Positions 19,134-27,609 are shown, numbered from the stretch's first letter. The stretch: 53,220 nucleotides of DNA from a virus (IMGVR_UViG_3300035670_000282:1-53220), one strand, 5' to 3'. Notes: generated from the sequence alone by a model not told the origin. A program made the numbers and translations.

Positions 19134-20726
19134 TTAAACAATATAGGAGAGTATATTACCATCTTCTTCTGTTATGTCATCTTCCCACACATCATTCCCT
19201 TGCTCATCCTTGTGTACAGACTCAATACTTGGTTTCCAAGCCCTAATACTAGCAAGCATTGAGATAGTGTCAAGGAAATCATCGTGCTTAGACTTAAATT
19301 GACCTGGAGCTACTAGGGATACTTCATCGTACATCTCTAATAATTCAGGAGAAGTTCTCATTTCTTCAGGAAACCAAAGCTTGTGAGATTTAAACCAAGG
19401 CACCACTAAATTAAATCTTTGTATCTTATTTGTATTAGGTCTAATACCTGGTTTCTGATTATTCCCTTCACTAGCTAATGGGAAGTAGATATTTCTAGTC
19501 ATCATTTGTTCCATGATCCAAGGAATAAATCCTGCTTGCTGTCCTGATACTTCTATACCTACTGACTGAGGTTGATACTGTTGAGCCAATCTAAATAAAT
19601 CATCTACATTCTTATCCATTAATTGACGCTTACAAATACCATCAACCCATAACCAATCCCCATTATTGTTATAAGCCCAAACAGAAATAACTGAATAGTC
19701 ACTAGCATTATTAGCACTAGTAGCAAAGTCAGTAGTAATATAAAAATTAAACTTACCTTTATTCTCTAATACTTTAGATCTCTTATACCATATTAGATCA
19801 GAATCTAAAATAACTCTATCTTCTTCAGACATAATTCGATTCATCATCTCAGCATTAAAGTCATGTATTCTGCCTAAAGCCACAGCATCATCATACATCT
19901 CTTTTACAGCTTCATAAGGAAATCTATCTTCCCAACTACCTCTAAATTCCTCTTTACTACAAGGAAATTCTTCACATACTGGGTATACTGAAGCACTCCA
20001 TCTACCAGATTCAATAAGTTTATACAAAGGATCTGCTTGTGAAAATACTGTACCAATGGCTATCATCTTTCTTTTAGTAGGATGCATAGCTTTATCAGCA
20101 GCCTTATGAATTGTATTCTCTATATTAGCTATAACTGTAGGTGATTTAGCATCTGTATCTGAAAGTAAGTCATCCATAATACATAATTCAGGTCTATGTG
20201 ATCCAGTACTATTTGTAAATCTAGTACCACGAATACCCATTTGGGCACCTACTAGTTTAATACCAAGTCTATGACCTTCTCTATTTTCTAATTCTATAAA
20301 TGCGTCTGTAAATCTAGTATCAATTATGTACTGCTGTAAAAATTCACTATTACCCCAAGTCATTTCAATAGATTTACGCATAGTCTTTGCACCACCTTCT
20401 TGACTATCTAAAATAGCTAGAATGTAGTTAACAATCCCAAAGTTATCTAATTCACCAAATGTAGCAATATATAAAGGCAAGTATGTAGTGAGTAGAGTAC
20501 TTTTAGCAAAACCTCTATGACAGAGTACAGCAATTTTATTTGTCTTACTAAATATATTATCTAAAAGTTGATAATGTACTACAGGTGTTTTATTACTCTC
20601 ACCACCACCAGCATTAACCAACTTCATAAAATTAACAAACTTAAGACTAGCATCACTTGGAGTATAATTAACTAAATTAGAATAATTAACTTCATTTAAA
20701 TATTCTTCTACTTTCTTAATTGGCAT
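19134..20726 (-). CDS. terL: Terminase large subunit (N4 gp68 family)
   Basis: HRGFAKST Walker A variant, CIMDDL Walker B, YITTDFATS..DYS and KHDDFLD nuclease motifs. Confidence 0.95.
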   Translation of the reverse strand: MPIKKVEEYLNEVNYSNLVNYTPSDASLKFVNFMKLVNAGGGESNKTPVVHYQLLDNIFSKTNKIAVLCHRGFAKSTLLTTYLPLYIATFGELDNFGIVNYILAILDSQEGGAKTMRKSIEMTWGNSEFLQQYIIDTRFTDAFIELENREGHRLGIKLVGAQMGIRGTRFTNSTGSHRPELCIMDDLLSDTDAKSPTVIANIENTIHKAADKAMHPTKRKMIAIGTVFSQADPLYKLIESGRWSASVYPVCEEFPCSKEEFRGSWEDRFPYEAVKEMYDDAVALGRIHDFNAEMMNRIMSEEDRVILDSDLIWYKRSKVLENKGKFNFYITTDFATSANNASDYSVISVWAYNNNGDWLWVDGICKRQLMDKNVDDLFRLAQQYQPQSVGIEVSGQQAGFIPWIMEQMMTRNIYFPLASEGNNQKPGIRPNTNKIQRFNLVVPWFKSHKLWFPEEMRTSPELLEMYDEVSLVAPGQFKSKHDDFLDTISMLASIRAWKPSIESVHKDEQGNDVWEDDITEEDGNILSYIV

Positions 20727-21510
20727 TATATTTCTTCCAGGTAAATCCTAAATACTGTCTACCTAATCTTATAGCCTTATTGAGTGGAGATATATCTTTT
20801 TTATTTAAATACTCTTTTAACTTTTCTATTGAATCTATTTTAATTAGAACATTACCTTGATTATCATACTGAACATAGGTTGAACAAGCTTTCTTAAATA
20901 CAGGAATTTCAGGATTGTTACTATATTTCCACATCCATTGTTTAGCTGTTTGATATTTCTTACTACAGCTAACACATATTGTAGCTATTGGAACTCCTGT
21001 TTCCTCACTAGCAAAAGACATACTCTTATATGATTTAATAAAGTTTCCTTCTAAATCATACTGATCTACTGGAACCAATGTACTAATAATATTATCACCG
21101 TTTCTAGCATCAATATGGCTTTTCTTATTATTCTCTCTAAAAGAAACCAATCTAATATTAGCTAGGGTATAAGGTAGTTTATTATCTAACCTATCTACTG
21201 AAGGTCTTTCCCACTTTGAATAATTACTATTCTTCCAATTATTAAATAGTATTTTAAAATTAAATTGATTAGTTATCCACTCAAATAATTCTTTTCTAGA
21301 ATAATTAGGTAAGTTTTGATTTCTTTCTTTAGAACTATTAATTTGTTCAGAATAAATTACAGAACAAAGCCCTCTTTCAGTTCTCTTATACTTAGTAACA
21401 ATCTCTTTAGTACATTCTTTACACCAAGTTACTCTACCTGTACTGGTGTTTTTATTCTTATGGAAAGAATCAATACTTTTAGTTTCTTTACAGTTGGTAC
21501 AAGTAATCAT
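20716..21510 (-). CDS. Free-standing HNH-like homing endonuclease (Zn finger, HNH-like core, NUMOD1)
   Basis: CTNC..CKEC, PSVDRLDN..YTLANIRLVS..EN, VDQYDLEGNFIKSYKSMSFASEETG. Confidence 0.8.
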   Translation of the reverse strand: MITCTNCKETKSIDSFHKNKNTSTGRVTWCKECTKEIVTKYKRTERGLCSVIYSEQINSSKERNQNLPNYSRKELFEWITNQFNFKILFNNWKNSNYSKWERPSVDRLDNKLPYTLANIRLVSFRENNKKSHIDARNGDNIISTLVPVDQYDLEGNFIKSYKSMSFASEETGVPIATICVSCSKKYQTAKQWMWKYSNNPEIPVFKKACSTYVQYDNQGNVLIKIDSIEKLKEYLNKKDISPLNKAIRLGRQYLGFTWKKYNAN

Positions 21511-21534
21511 GCTAATTCTCCTATTAAAAATAAA

Positions 21535-21563
21535 AGTATAGCAGATTATTAAATATCTTTCAA
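21535..21563 (-). promoter_or_regulatory. Sigma70-type promoter for the homing endonuclease
   Basis: TTGAAA-17 nt-TATACT on the minus strand, with AGGAG RBS downstream. Confidence 0.65.
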
Positions 21564-21604
21564 GTTAAAAGATCTAATTTAGATATTCTATAACTGTCTT
21601 CTTA

Positions 21605-21823
21605 TCAGACATACATATCTCTAATTAATTTATTAAACCTATAACATAAATCCATATACTCATCCTCTGTAGCTGTCCTTACTATTACAATATCTCCACA
21701 TAAATAATATAACTTAAGATACCTATGAGTATCACAGCTAAACCAAAAAGTAAGAGTACTTCCATAGATTATAGTATCCTCATGTATTAGGATATTGTCT
21801 GGAATAATACGTCTTTCATGCAC
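21605..21823 (-). CDS. Hypothetical protein
   Basis: ORF overlapping the upstream stop in operon context. Confidence 0.5.
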   Translation of the reverse strand: MHERRIIPDNILIHEDTIIYGSTLTFWFSCDTHRYLKLYYLCGDIVIVRTATEDEYMDLCYRFNKLIRDMYV

Positions 21824-22037
21824 TATCAGTCATTTCTTCCATTAATTTAAATTTAGCTATCTCAAGTAAACCAAGAGCATTGATATAATTCATACCACTA
21901 CTATCAATATAAAGATTACCATCCTGGTTAGTACCTATAATAATAACTTCCTTTAGATTATTCATAGCTAACTCTAATGTTTCATTGGCTTCATCTGTTA
22001 CATCTTTAGAACCAACTAAACTAATTACTCTATTCAT
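21816..22037 (-). CDS. Hypothetical protein
   Basis: Start moved to ATG 22037 (AGGAG RBS); MNRVISL...EVIIIG..DG.LY. Confidence 0.6.
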   Translation of the reverse strand: MNRVISLVGSKDVTDEANETLELAMNNLKEVIIIGTNQDGNLYIDSSGMNYINALGLLEIAKFKLMEEMTDSA

Positions 22038-22129
22038 TTGGGTCTCCTTGTAATGAGCCAATACTCATAAGCATAAAGAAGAAGTAATACTCCTACAACT
22101 ATTCCTGCTGATTCTAGTAATATACTCAT
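22034..22129 (-). CDS. 31-aa membrane peptide (absent from ORF track)
   Basis: MSILLESAGIVVGVLLLLYAYEYWLITRRPK*; ATGA overlaps at both ends. Confidence 0.55.
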   Translation of the reverse strand: MSILLESAGIVVGVLLLLYAYEYWLITRRPK

Positions 22130-22812
22130 TCTATTCTTTCCCCCTGAATAATCTTTGAATGAGCTACTTCTTTAGCATTAAGAGTACCTGATTCTATTAG
22201 TTCTCTTTGTTGTCTAGCTAATGCCATAGTAGCATCTCTTAATTCTTGGATACTTTTATCTTCTTTATAACTAATATCTAATTCTAATTTAGTTTCTGGT
22301 TTCTTAAGATGGTTAAGCAGACTATTAGCTGCATCAGTTCTAACCTTCTCACTATTAGCATTAAGCATTAAATGAGCTTGTACATTAATAGCTTTCTGAT
22401 ATATGTCTGCATTTAATACATGAGTAGGAACTAGTGTCTGTTCATATATTTTATTTACTAATTGGTTTTTATTATATGCAGTACTATAGGCACTAATATC
22501 TTTATTACTAGCACCTTCATCTATTAATCTTTGATACCTATCTGGGAATGTTTTAGCATAAGCTTCTATGTTAGATGAACCAAGTAGTTTATAACTAACA
22601 TATTTAACAGCATTAATATAATCCTGTATTTTATATCTACCATCACTAATAACATTAGTATAACCTAATAGGTTATCTCTAAATGATTCCCTTATTACTT
22701 CATCTCCCATAATATTATTAATATCTTTTAATACTTCCTCTGTAAGCTTACTCCTATGCTGCTTAGGTAAAGCTCTTTCAAATTGTTCTTGAGTTACTAG
22801 TTCTTTAGTCAT
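22126..22812 (-). CDS. N4 gp69-like protein (putative terminase small subunit)
   Basis: YINAVKYVSYKL..AYAKTFPDRY..SEKVRTDAANSLLNHLKKPE motifs. Confidence 0.8.
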   Translation of the reverse strand: MTKELVTQEQFERALPKQHRSKLTEEVLKDINNIMGDEVIRESFRDNLLGYTNVISDGRYKIQDYINAVKYVSYKLLGSSNIEAYAKTFPDRYQRLIDEGASNKDISAYSTAYNKNQLVNKIYEQTLVPTHVLNADIYQKAINVQAHLMLNANSEKVRTDAANSLLNHLKKPETKLELDISYKEDKSIQELRDATMALARQQRELIESGTLNAKEVAHSKIIQGERIE

Positions 22813-22846
22813 TACTGCCTCTATGCTTGGTATTTAGACTGGCTTA

Positions 22847-22875
22847 ATTAAAAACCAAGAATAAGGAATAGTCAA
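22847..22875 (-). promoter_or_regulatory. Possible sigma70-type late promoter
   Basis: TTGACT-17 nt-TTTAAT upstream of the gp69-like gene. Confidence 0.4.
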
Positions 22876-22916
22876 GGGGATTAGATAGATTAAATGAAAG
22901 AATGTATTAATAATAT

Positions 22917-23019
22917 TACTGGAGGGTTTATTAAAAAATTAAAAATTAGTATAAAGTTAGTACTTATACTACTGAAGGGTTTATCAAAAAATTAAAAATT
23001 AGTATGCAGTCAGTACTTT
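22917..23019. repeat. Two imperfect ~50-bp direct repeats (period 53) with A-tracts
   Basis: TACTG(G/A)AGGGTTTAT(T/C)AAAAAATTAAAAATTAGTAT...AGT(T/C)AGTACTT at 22917 and 22970. Confidence 0.85.
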
Positions 23020-23205
23020 CATACAGTCAACCAACTTTCTAAATATCCCCCCCTATAAGAGCTGAGTAGTATCTTTATTCTTTATTCATCTCTACTGTAC
23101 TGTCTATGCTATAGCTCTACCTATCTATCCATCTCTGTATCTATACTCTATCTCTCCTCTCTACATCTACCTACCTATACCTACCTATGTATTAATACTA
23201 TTAAG

Positions 23206-23237
<32 letters not shown>

Positions 23238-23320
23238 TATAATACTATGTACTACATGTAACACTGTACTGATTCTCTCCTATCCTTGTCTGTCTCTACC
23301 TCAGTAGCTATGGTGTGTCG

Positions 23321-23348
23321 TACTTAGTCTGCTCTTCTGGTGGAGTGG
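23321..23348 (+). promoter_or_regulatory. Early promoter motif, copy 1
   Basis: TACTTAGTCTGCTCTTCTGGTGGAGTGG; conserved with copies at 24243, 24632 and 24996. Confidence 0.65.
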
Positions 23349-23390
23349 TGCAATATCGCACTGTCTTCCTACTTGCAAGGGGAATCAACC

Positions 23391-23591
23391 ATGAACAACA
23401 ACAATCAGATGTCTGTCTTTGGTAGCATTAAACTCTTCATCAACTCCCTGATGAATGCTGCTACCCGTGCTGCTGTGACGTTAGACAAGTCCGTTGGGCT
23501 TGTAGAAAACGAAGTTGATAACTTGGCATCCTATCAACAAATTCGTCTGGCAGAAAACCAGAAGGAACTCTCTCTGCTAACAGCAGAGTAG
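23391..23591 (+). CDS. First early gene, hypothetical
   Basis: ATG 23391 with AGGGGA RBS, MNNNNQMSVFG... Confidence 0.7.
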   Translation: MNNNNQMSVFGSIKLFINSLMNAATRAAVTLDKSVGLVENEVDNLASYQQIRLAENQKELSLLTAE

Positions 23592-23597
23592 TTCCTA

Positions 23598-23634
23598 GCC
23601 TCATACCCATTCTTGGGTATGGGGTTATTTTTTT
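23598..23634 (+). terminator. Rho-independent terminator
   Basis: GCCTCATACCCA-TTCT-TGGGTATGGGGT followed by a T-tract. Confidence 0.85.
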
Positions 23635-23772
23635 ACTTATACCTTTCATCACCTATTGATTCCCTATGTAACACCTCCTGTAAGCTCCTGTAGTGGCAGT
23701 AGAGCTACGATCTATGGTTAACCTATACCTACCTATAGGGTGTAGCCTATTAGAGCCTCACAGACGCTCAGG

Positions 23773-23781
23773 TTATCCACA
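23773..23781 (+). promoter_or_regulatory. DnaA box consensus
   Basis: TTATCCACA exact; a one-mismatch inverted copy TGTGGATAT at 23844-23852. Confidence 0.4.
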
Positions 23782-23874
23782 GCTTATTCATTGGTAAGCG
23801 GATATATAACTGCTACTGCGCGTAAGTCATGTATATATCTCTTTGTGGATATACTGTATTTTTTTACCTCTCTA

Positions 23875-23887
23875 AATCAATAGCTTA
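23875..23887 (+). promoter_or_regulatory. IHF-binding consensus
   Basis: AATCAATAGCTTA matches WATCAANNNNTTR, with a T-tract upstream. Confidence 0.45.
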
Positions 23888-24242
23888 CTCATATATCTCT
23901 TTTGGGATATATACAAAGGTATTGACATGGTGGTTAAATATCTAAAGGGTGCTTATTAATCTATCTTAGGTTAACTACTAATCAATTCAGTGTAACACTT
24001 AATAACTTAGGTATATTACTAATCTACTCAGTAAAGCTATCTACCTCTGTAACACGTTTAGATAGCCAGGTAGTAGGAAGAAAGGTATATATATCATATA
24101 GATAGCCCTAAAATATATCAAAAATATTTTCAAATTTTTCCAAAAAACTTAACCCTATCTACATTCTCCTAATACCTATGCACTCTCCTAAGTCTTTCTT
24201 CTCTCCTAAACCCTAAACTCTCCCTATAACCATAGCTTTCCA

Positions 24243-24270
24243 TTCTTAGTCATCTCTTCTGATGGATTGG
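24243..24270 (+). promoter_or_regulatory. Early promoter motif, copy 2
   Basis: TTCTTAGTCATCTCTTCTGATGGATTGG. Confidence 0.65.
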
Positions 24271-24308
24271 GAATTGTCCCAGTTTAATCCCTATAGGAGG
24301 GAATATCC

Positions 24309-24557
24309 ATGAACAAAAAGCTTACTCCTACTACTACTGAAGATTTCAAGAAGGCTAATGGCTTCTTAAACTTTAAAGTAATCCTTACTGACAATAAGGG
24401 TATTGAGCATTCTATCAAAGTACCCGTCTTCGGACTTTACATTGATAATAAGGGGCATAAGGCCATTCTTTCAAAGCCTGAAAAGGCTATGGAGAATCTC
24501 AAGATTGAAATCACAGGGATTCATGTGATAGAGGAAGAAAAGGAGATTGATCTCTAA
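24309..24557 (+). CDS. Probable N4 gp2/Drc-like ssDNA-binding RNAP II cofactor
   Basis: KKANGFLNF resembles the KAxGFLN motif I recall for gp2/Drc; acidic C-terminal tail; early position; strong GGAGG RBS. Confidence 0.5.
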   Translation: MNKKLTPTTTEDFKKANGFLNFKVILTDNKGIEHSIKVPVFGLYIDNKGHKAILSKPEKAMENLKIEITGIHVIEEEKEIDL

Positions 24558-24590
24558 TCCTCAGTCCTAAGCATGACGTTAAACTGCTTA

Positions 24591-24619
24591 TAAGCCCATT
24601 CATTTGGGCTTATTCCTTT
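24591..24619 (+). terminator. Rho-independent terminator
   Basis: TAAGCCCA-TTCATT-TGGGCTTA followed by TTCCTTT. Confidence 0.7.
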
Positions 24620-24631
24620 CTGGCTCTCCTG

Positions 24632-24659
24632 TACTTAGTCATCTCCTCTAGTGGAATGG
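24632..24659 (+). promoter_or_regulatory. Early promoter motif, copy 3
   Basis: TACTTAGTCATCTCCTCTAGTGGAATGG. Confidence 0.65.
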
Positions 24660-24680
24660 ATTAATTCACAGGAGACTAGT

Positions 24681-24896
24681 ATGGAAGAGTACATTGCTTT
24701 GCAGCAAGCATTAAATATGCTGCCTCCTCGCCAGAAGGAGATTGTTCTGGCAACAGTGGTATACAAGGAAGGTATATCTAAGTTGGCAAGGGAATACCAT
24801 ACCAAAGAGCATAGGATTAAGCTCATTCAGAAAAAAGGATTGCAGAAACTTCAGAAAATACTATCCCATGATCCTTGGAGATGGGTAGGTAACTGA
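24681..24896 (+). CDS. Stand-alone sigma70 region 4-like HTH protein (71 aa)
   Basis: ALQQALNMLPPRQKEIV..EGISKLARE..RIKLIQKKGLQKLQKIL; ATG 24681 with AGGAG RBS. Confidence 0.65.
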   Translation: MEEYIALQQALNMLPPRQKEIVLATVVYKEGISKLAREYHTKEHRIKLIQKKGLQKLQKILSHDPWRWVGN

Positions 24897-24959
24897 AGGT
24901 CTGAGTAAGACTCCGAGTGTAGTGAGCTTGGGAACAGAAATCACTAAACCAAACAAAAG

Positions 24960-24989
24960 AAAACCAATAGATAAATTGGTTTTTCTTTC
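24960..24989 (+). terminator. Terminator-like hairpin
   Basis: AAAACCAAT-AGATAA-ATTGGTTTT followed by T-rich sequence. Confidence 0.55.
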
Positions 24990-24995
24990 TCTCCT

Positions 24996-25023
24996 TTCCT
25001 ACTGAAGTTCTCTGGTGGAATGG
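24996..25023 (+). promoter_or_regulatory. Early promoter motif, copy 4 (3' half conserved)
   Basis: ...TTCTCTGGTGGAATGG. Confidence 0.5.
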
Positions 25024-25048
25024 TAAATAATCAATCTAGGGGATAGCC

Positions 25049-25834
25049 ATGCATAGAATCATATTAACCAAAGAAGTAAAACAACATCATCCTGACTTCT
25101 ACAGCATAGAGGCAGGAATTGCTGACAACATTCAGCACTTTGATCACCACCGGGAAGAACATAAGGTATACCCATCACCTTGTAATAATATTGCTATTAA
25201 ACCAATTAAGGATGATGGAAATATAAAGTATATTCAAATTAGTCACATAGATAGTGACACCCTTATTGGAATTGCCAGGTTACTAGGAGTTAACCACTTC
25301 CTAAGAGAACCATTGGATTTCAATACAATGGAATACATTGATCTCAATGGTTCCAAGGGGATAATTAAAGATAACTATACCTACCAATTCATGGTAGGAG
25401 TAGGAGTCTTAGCAAGAAAGCTAAACTTCCCTCGTATCACAGATGAACCAACAGATGTAACTGACATAGTACAGCAGATGCTGGATACATCTATATTCTC
25501 CTTTACCCAATACGGCAAATGCAGTATTGATAAGGCAGAAGCTGATTACAAGGAATGTAGGTACTCTCAGCAAGGCAATATGGGTTTATGGGTAGTAGAT
25601 GCTACCCATGACTTCAATCCATCTCGTCCTTATGAGGATGGAATACAGGTAGTAGTAGTATATCGTAGTCATTATAAGACTATTAGTATCTACTGCGATC
25701 CAGATTCTTCCTATGAGTTTGCAGGACAAACCATTGCAGGGATTGAATTCAATGGGCATGCAAAAGCTTGTGGAAGTCCCAGAGGTATGGAAATGACTCT
25801 AGAAAATGCTATTGAGGTATATAGCATTCTTTAA
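25049..25834 (+). CDS. DHH-like phosphoesterase
   Basis: FDHH, SHIDSD and C-terminal DHHA1-like GHAKACG motifs. Confidence 0.55.
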   Translation: MHRIILTKEVKQHHPDFYSIEAGIADNIQHFDHHREEHKVYPSPCNNIAIKPIKDDGNIKYIQISHIDSDTLIGIARLLGVNHFLREPLDFNTMEYIDLNGSKGIIKDNYTYQFMVGVGVLARKLNFPRITDEPTDVTDIVQQMLDTSIFSFTQYGKCSIDKAEADYKECRYSQQGNMGLWVVDATHDFNPSRPYEDGIQVVVVYRSHYKTISIYCDPDSSYEFAGQTIAGIEFNGHAKACGSPRGMEMTLENAIEVYSIL

Positions 25835-25875
25835 CCCCTTATGCCAAGGATGGCTAAACCAATTGGAGAATTACT

Positions 25876-26100
25876 ATGTTGATAGAGCGTACTAGCCCTA
25901 TTACTAGGGCAAATCACATCTGGGATATAGATGTGACTCAGCAGCAACTGGATAACTATTACTACATGGGTTATCTAGTACAACAAGCCTTTCCTCATTT
26001 ATCACCAGAGGAAAGGGAATTCATCAAAACAGGTATCACCCCAGAAGAATGGGATGATATGTTTAATGATGAAGATGACTGGGATGAAGATGAATATTAA
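25876..26100 (+). CDS. Conserved small phage protein
   Basis: QQAFPHLSPEEREFIKTGITPEEWD motif; GGAG RBS. Confidence 0.75.
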   Translation: MLIERTSPITRANHIWDIDVTQQQLDNYYYMGYLVQQAFPHLSPEEREFIKTGITPEEWDDMFNDEDDWDEDEY

Positions 26101-26125
26101 TTAAACTAACTGGAGGAGAAATCCT

Positions 26126-26245
26126 ATGAAAGTTGAATTTATTACTGAAGAGCTTCTAGTTCTTCAAGCTCAAGCAGGAGATAGGAAGTCCCAAGAAGTA
26201 TTGTTTAAATACTTAGCCTGGAAAGTATCACGGAGGATAAAGTAA
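26126..26245 (+). CDS. 39-aa peptide resembling sigma-factor region 1.2/2.1 (absent from ORF track)
   Basis: MKVEFITEELLVLQAQAGDRKSQEVLFKYLAWKVSRRIK*; GGAGGAG RBS. Confidence 0.6.
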   Translation: MKVEFITEELLVLQAQAGDRKSQEVLFKYLAWKVSRRIK

Positions 26246-26325
26246 TGGAATGGATTTATCTTATTGGTTTCCTTTATGCAGTATTCCTGATAGGGGATAT
26301 TGTGATTAATACATTCTTTGAATAG
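26245..26325 (+). CDS. 26-aa hydrophobic peptide
   Basis: MEWIYLIGFLYAVFLIGDIVINTFFE*; GGAGG RBS, TAATG overlap. Confidence 0.5.
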   Translation: MEWIYLIGFLYAVFLIGDIVINTFFE

Positions 26326-26333
26326 GAGGATAT

Positions 26334-26570
26334 ATGGACAATATAATAGAACTATTTGATTCCTTTATAAATATTAATAAAGATCAAATTGTATTTATGA
26401 AAACAAAAGTTGAATGGGATCTAAGAGAAGTTAATGTATTCTTCTATATGACTAATAACATTAACATAAGAGATAAGTTTACATTTATGGACTTAGATCC
26501 ATCTGATCAATTTGATTTTGATCAAGAGTTTCATCATGCAGTGGAGAGATACTATGCTATTCGGAAGTAA
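26334..26570 (+). CDS. Hypothetical protein
   Basis: AGGAGG RBS, operon context. Confidence 0.6.
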   Translation: MDNIIELFDSFININKDQIVFMKTKVEWDLREVNVFFYMTNNINIRDKFTFMDLDPSDQFDFDQEFHHAVERYYAIRK

Positions 26571-26968
26571 TATTCCACTAATCAAAAAGTTAGTGGATCT
26601 TTGGTGTATCGGAGGTAATCCAAAAGATTGGGAAGGAGAATGGAAATCTGAGTATGATTTTATCATGCTAGAGATTGATTATGAATATCTCTATTACCAA
26701 GACAAACTTTAGGAGGGTATATGTACAAACATACTCTGGAATTTCTATATTCAGAATTAGCTAATCAAATAGTAGTTCTTCTGGATAACCAAATAGAAGA
26801 AGTAATTGAAGTATTCGATAAGAATCCTCAAGAGCTTTTAAGCCAGCTAAACCTCCAATACAGGGAGTATTGGAACATAGCCTAGGATAGGTATTGGTTC
26901 ATCAATTAAGTGCCTCTACGAAGCTTACGCAGGCTTCTAGAGGCATTCTTATATCAGGAGATAGATAA

Positions 26969-27307
26969 ATGAATGCAAAGAAAGAATTGATTGAAATGAT
27001 TGAGGATATTAATAAGAAACTACAGGATGTAGTAGCTTATAACATTACTATTGAAACAATAGTAGATTGGGATGAAGAACCAAATACTAATTGTTTCAAC
27101 ATTAAGGGAACCAATTTGACTGAAACAGAATTAAACCATATTGATATGGAATATGATGCTGGTTTCGGTAGTCAGGAACTCTTTGGAATAGTCTTGTTTA
27201 ATGATAATACTTGGCTTCAAAGGACTGAGTATGATGGTTCTGAGTGGTGGGAACACATGTATCCACCTACAATTCAACAAATACTGGAGATGGAATATGC
27301 AAATTAA
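26969..27307 (+). CDS. Conserved hypothetical phage protein
   Basis: YDAGFGSQELFG..W.QR.EYDGSEWW motif; AGGAG RBS. Confidence 0.75.
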   Translation: MNAKKELIEMIEDINKKLQDVVAYNITIETIVDWDEEPNTNCFNIKGTNLTETELNHIDMEYDAGFGSQELFGIVLFNDNTWLQRTEYDGSEWWEHMYPPTIQQILEMEYAN

Positions 27308-27609
27308 TACTTCAGACTATGTATTAATTATTAAGGAGCCTAATAAGCTCTTTAATATTGTTAAGGAGTATATAGAATCTATGGATCAAATGTACCCAGG
27401 ATGGGAATATACATGGGATAGCTTTGCAAATTATTGCATTGCTCATTACCAGGGAGAACTGGAAGGAGTATATTTCACTCCTGACTTCACCAAGCCCTAC
27501 TAAACCTCCTACAAGCTCATGGAAGAGCTTACCCTATACCCAACCATTCCTTTTAAAAGAAAACAGCTCTACAGTCATTCTGCGGCCTTACAGAGCTATT
27601 GGAGATACC

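Noticed and set aside
23922-23950. TTGACA as a sigma70 promoter in the terminal region
   Set aside because: No acceptable -10 hexamer at 16-18 nt spacing
27424-27609. N-terminal extension of RNAP subunit 1 in the ORF track
   Set aside because: TTG start without RBS, overlapping the upstream gene and a phased DNA element; ATG 27610 has a GGAG RBS and gives a gp15-like length
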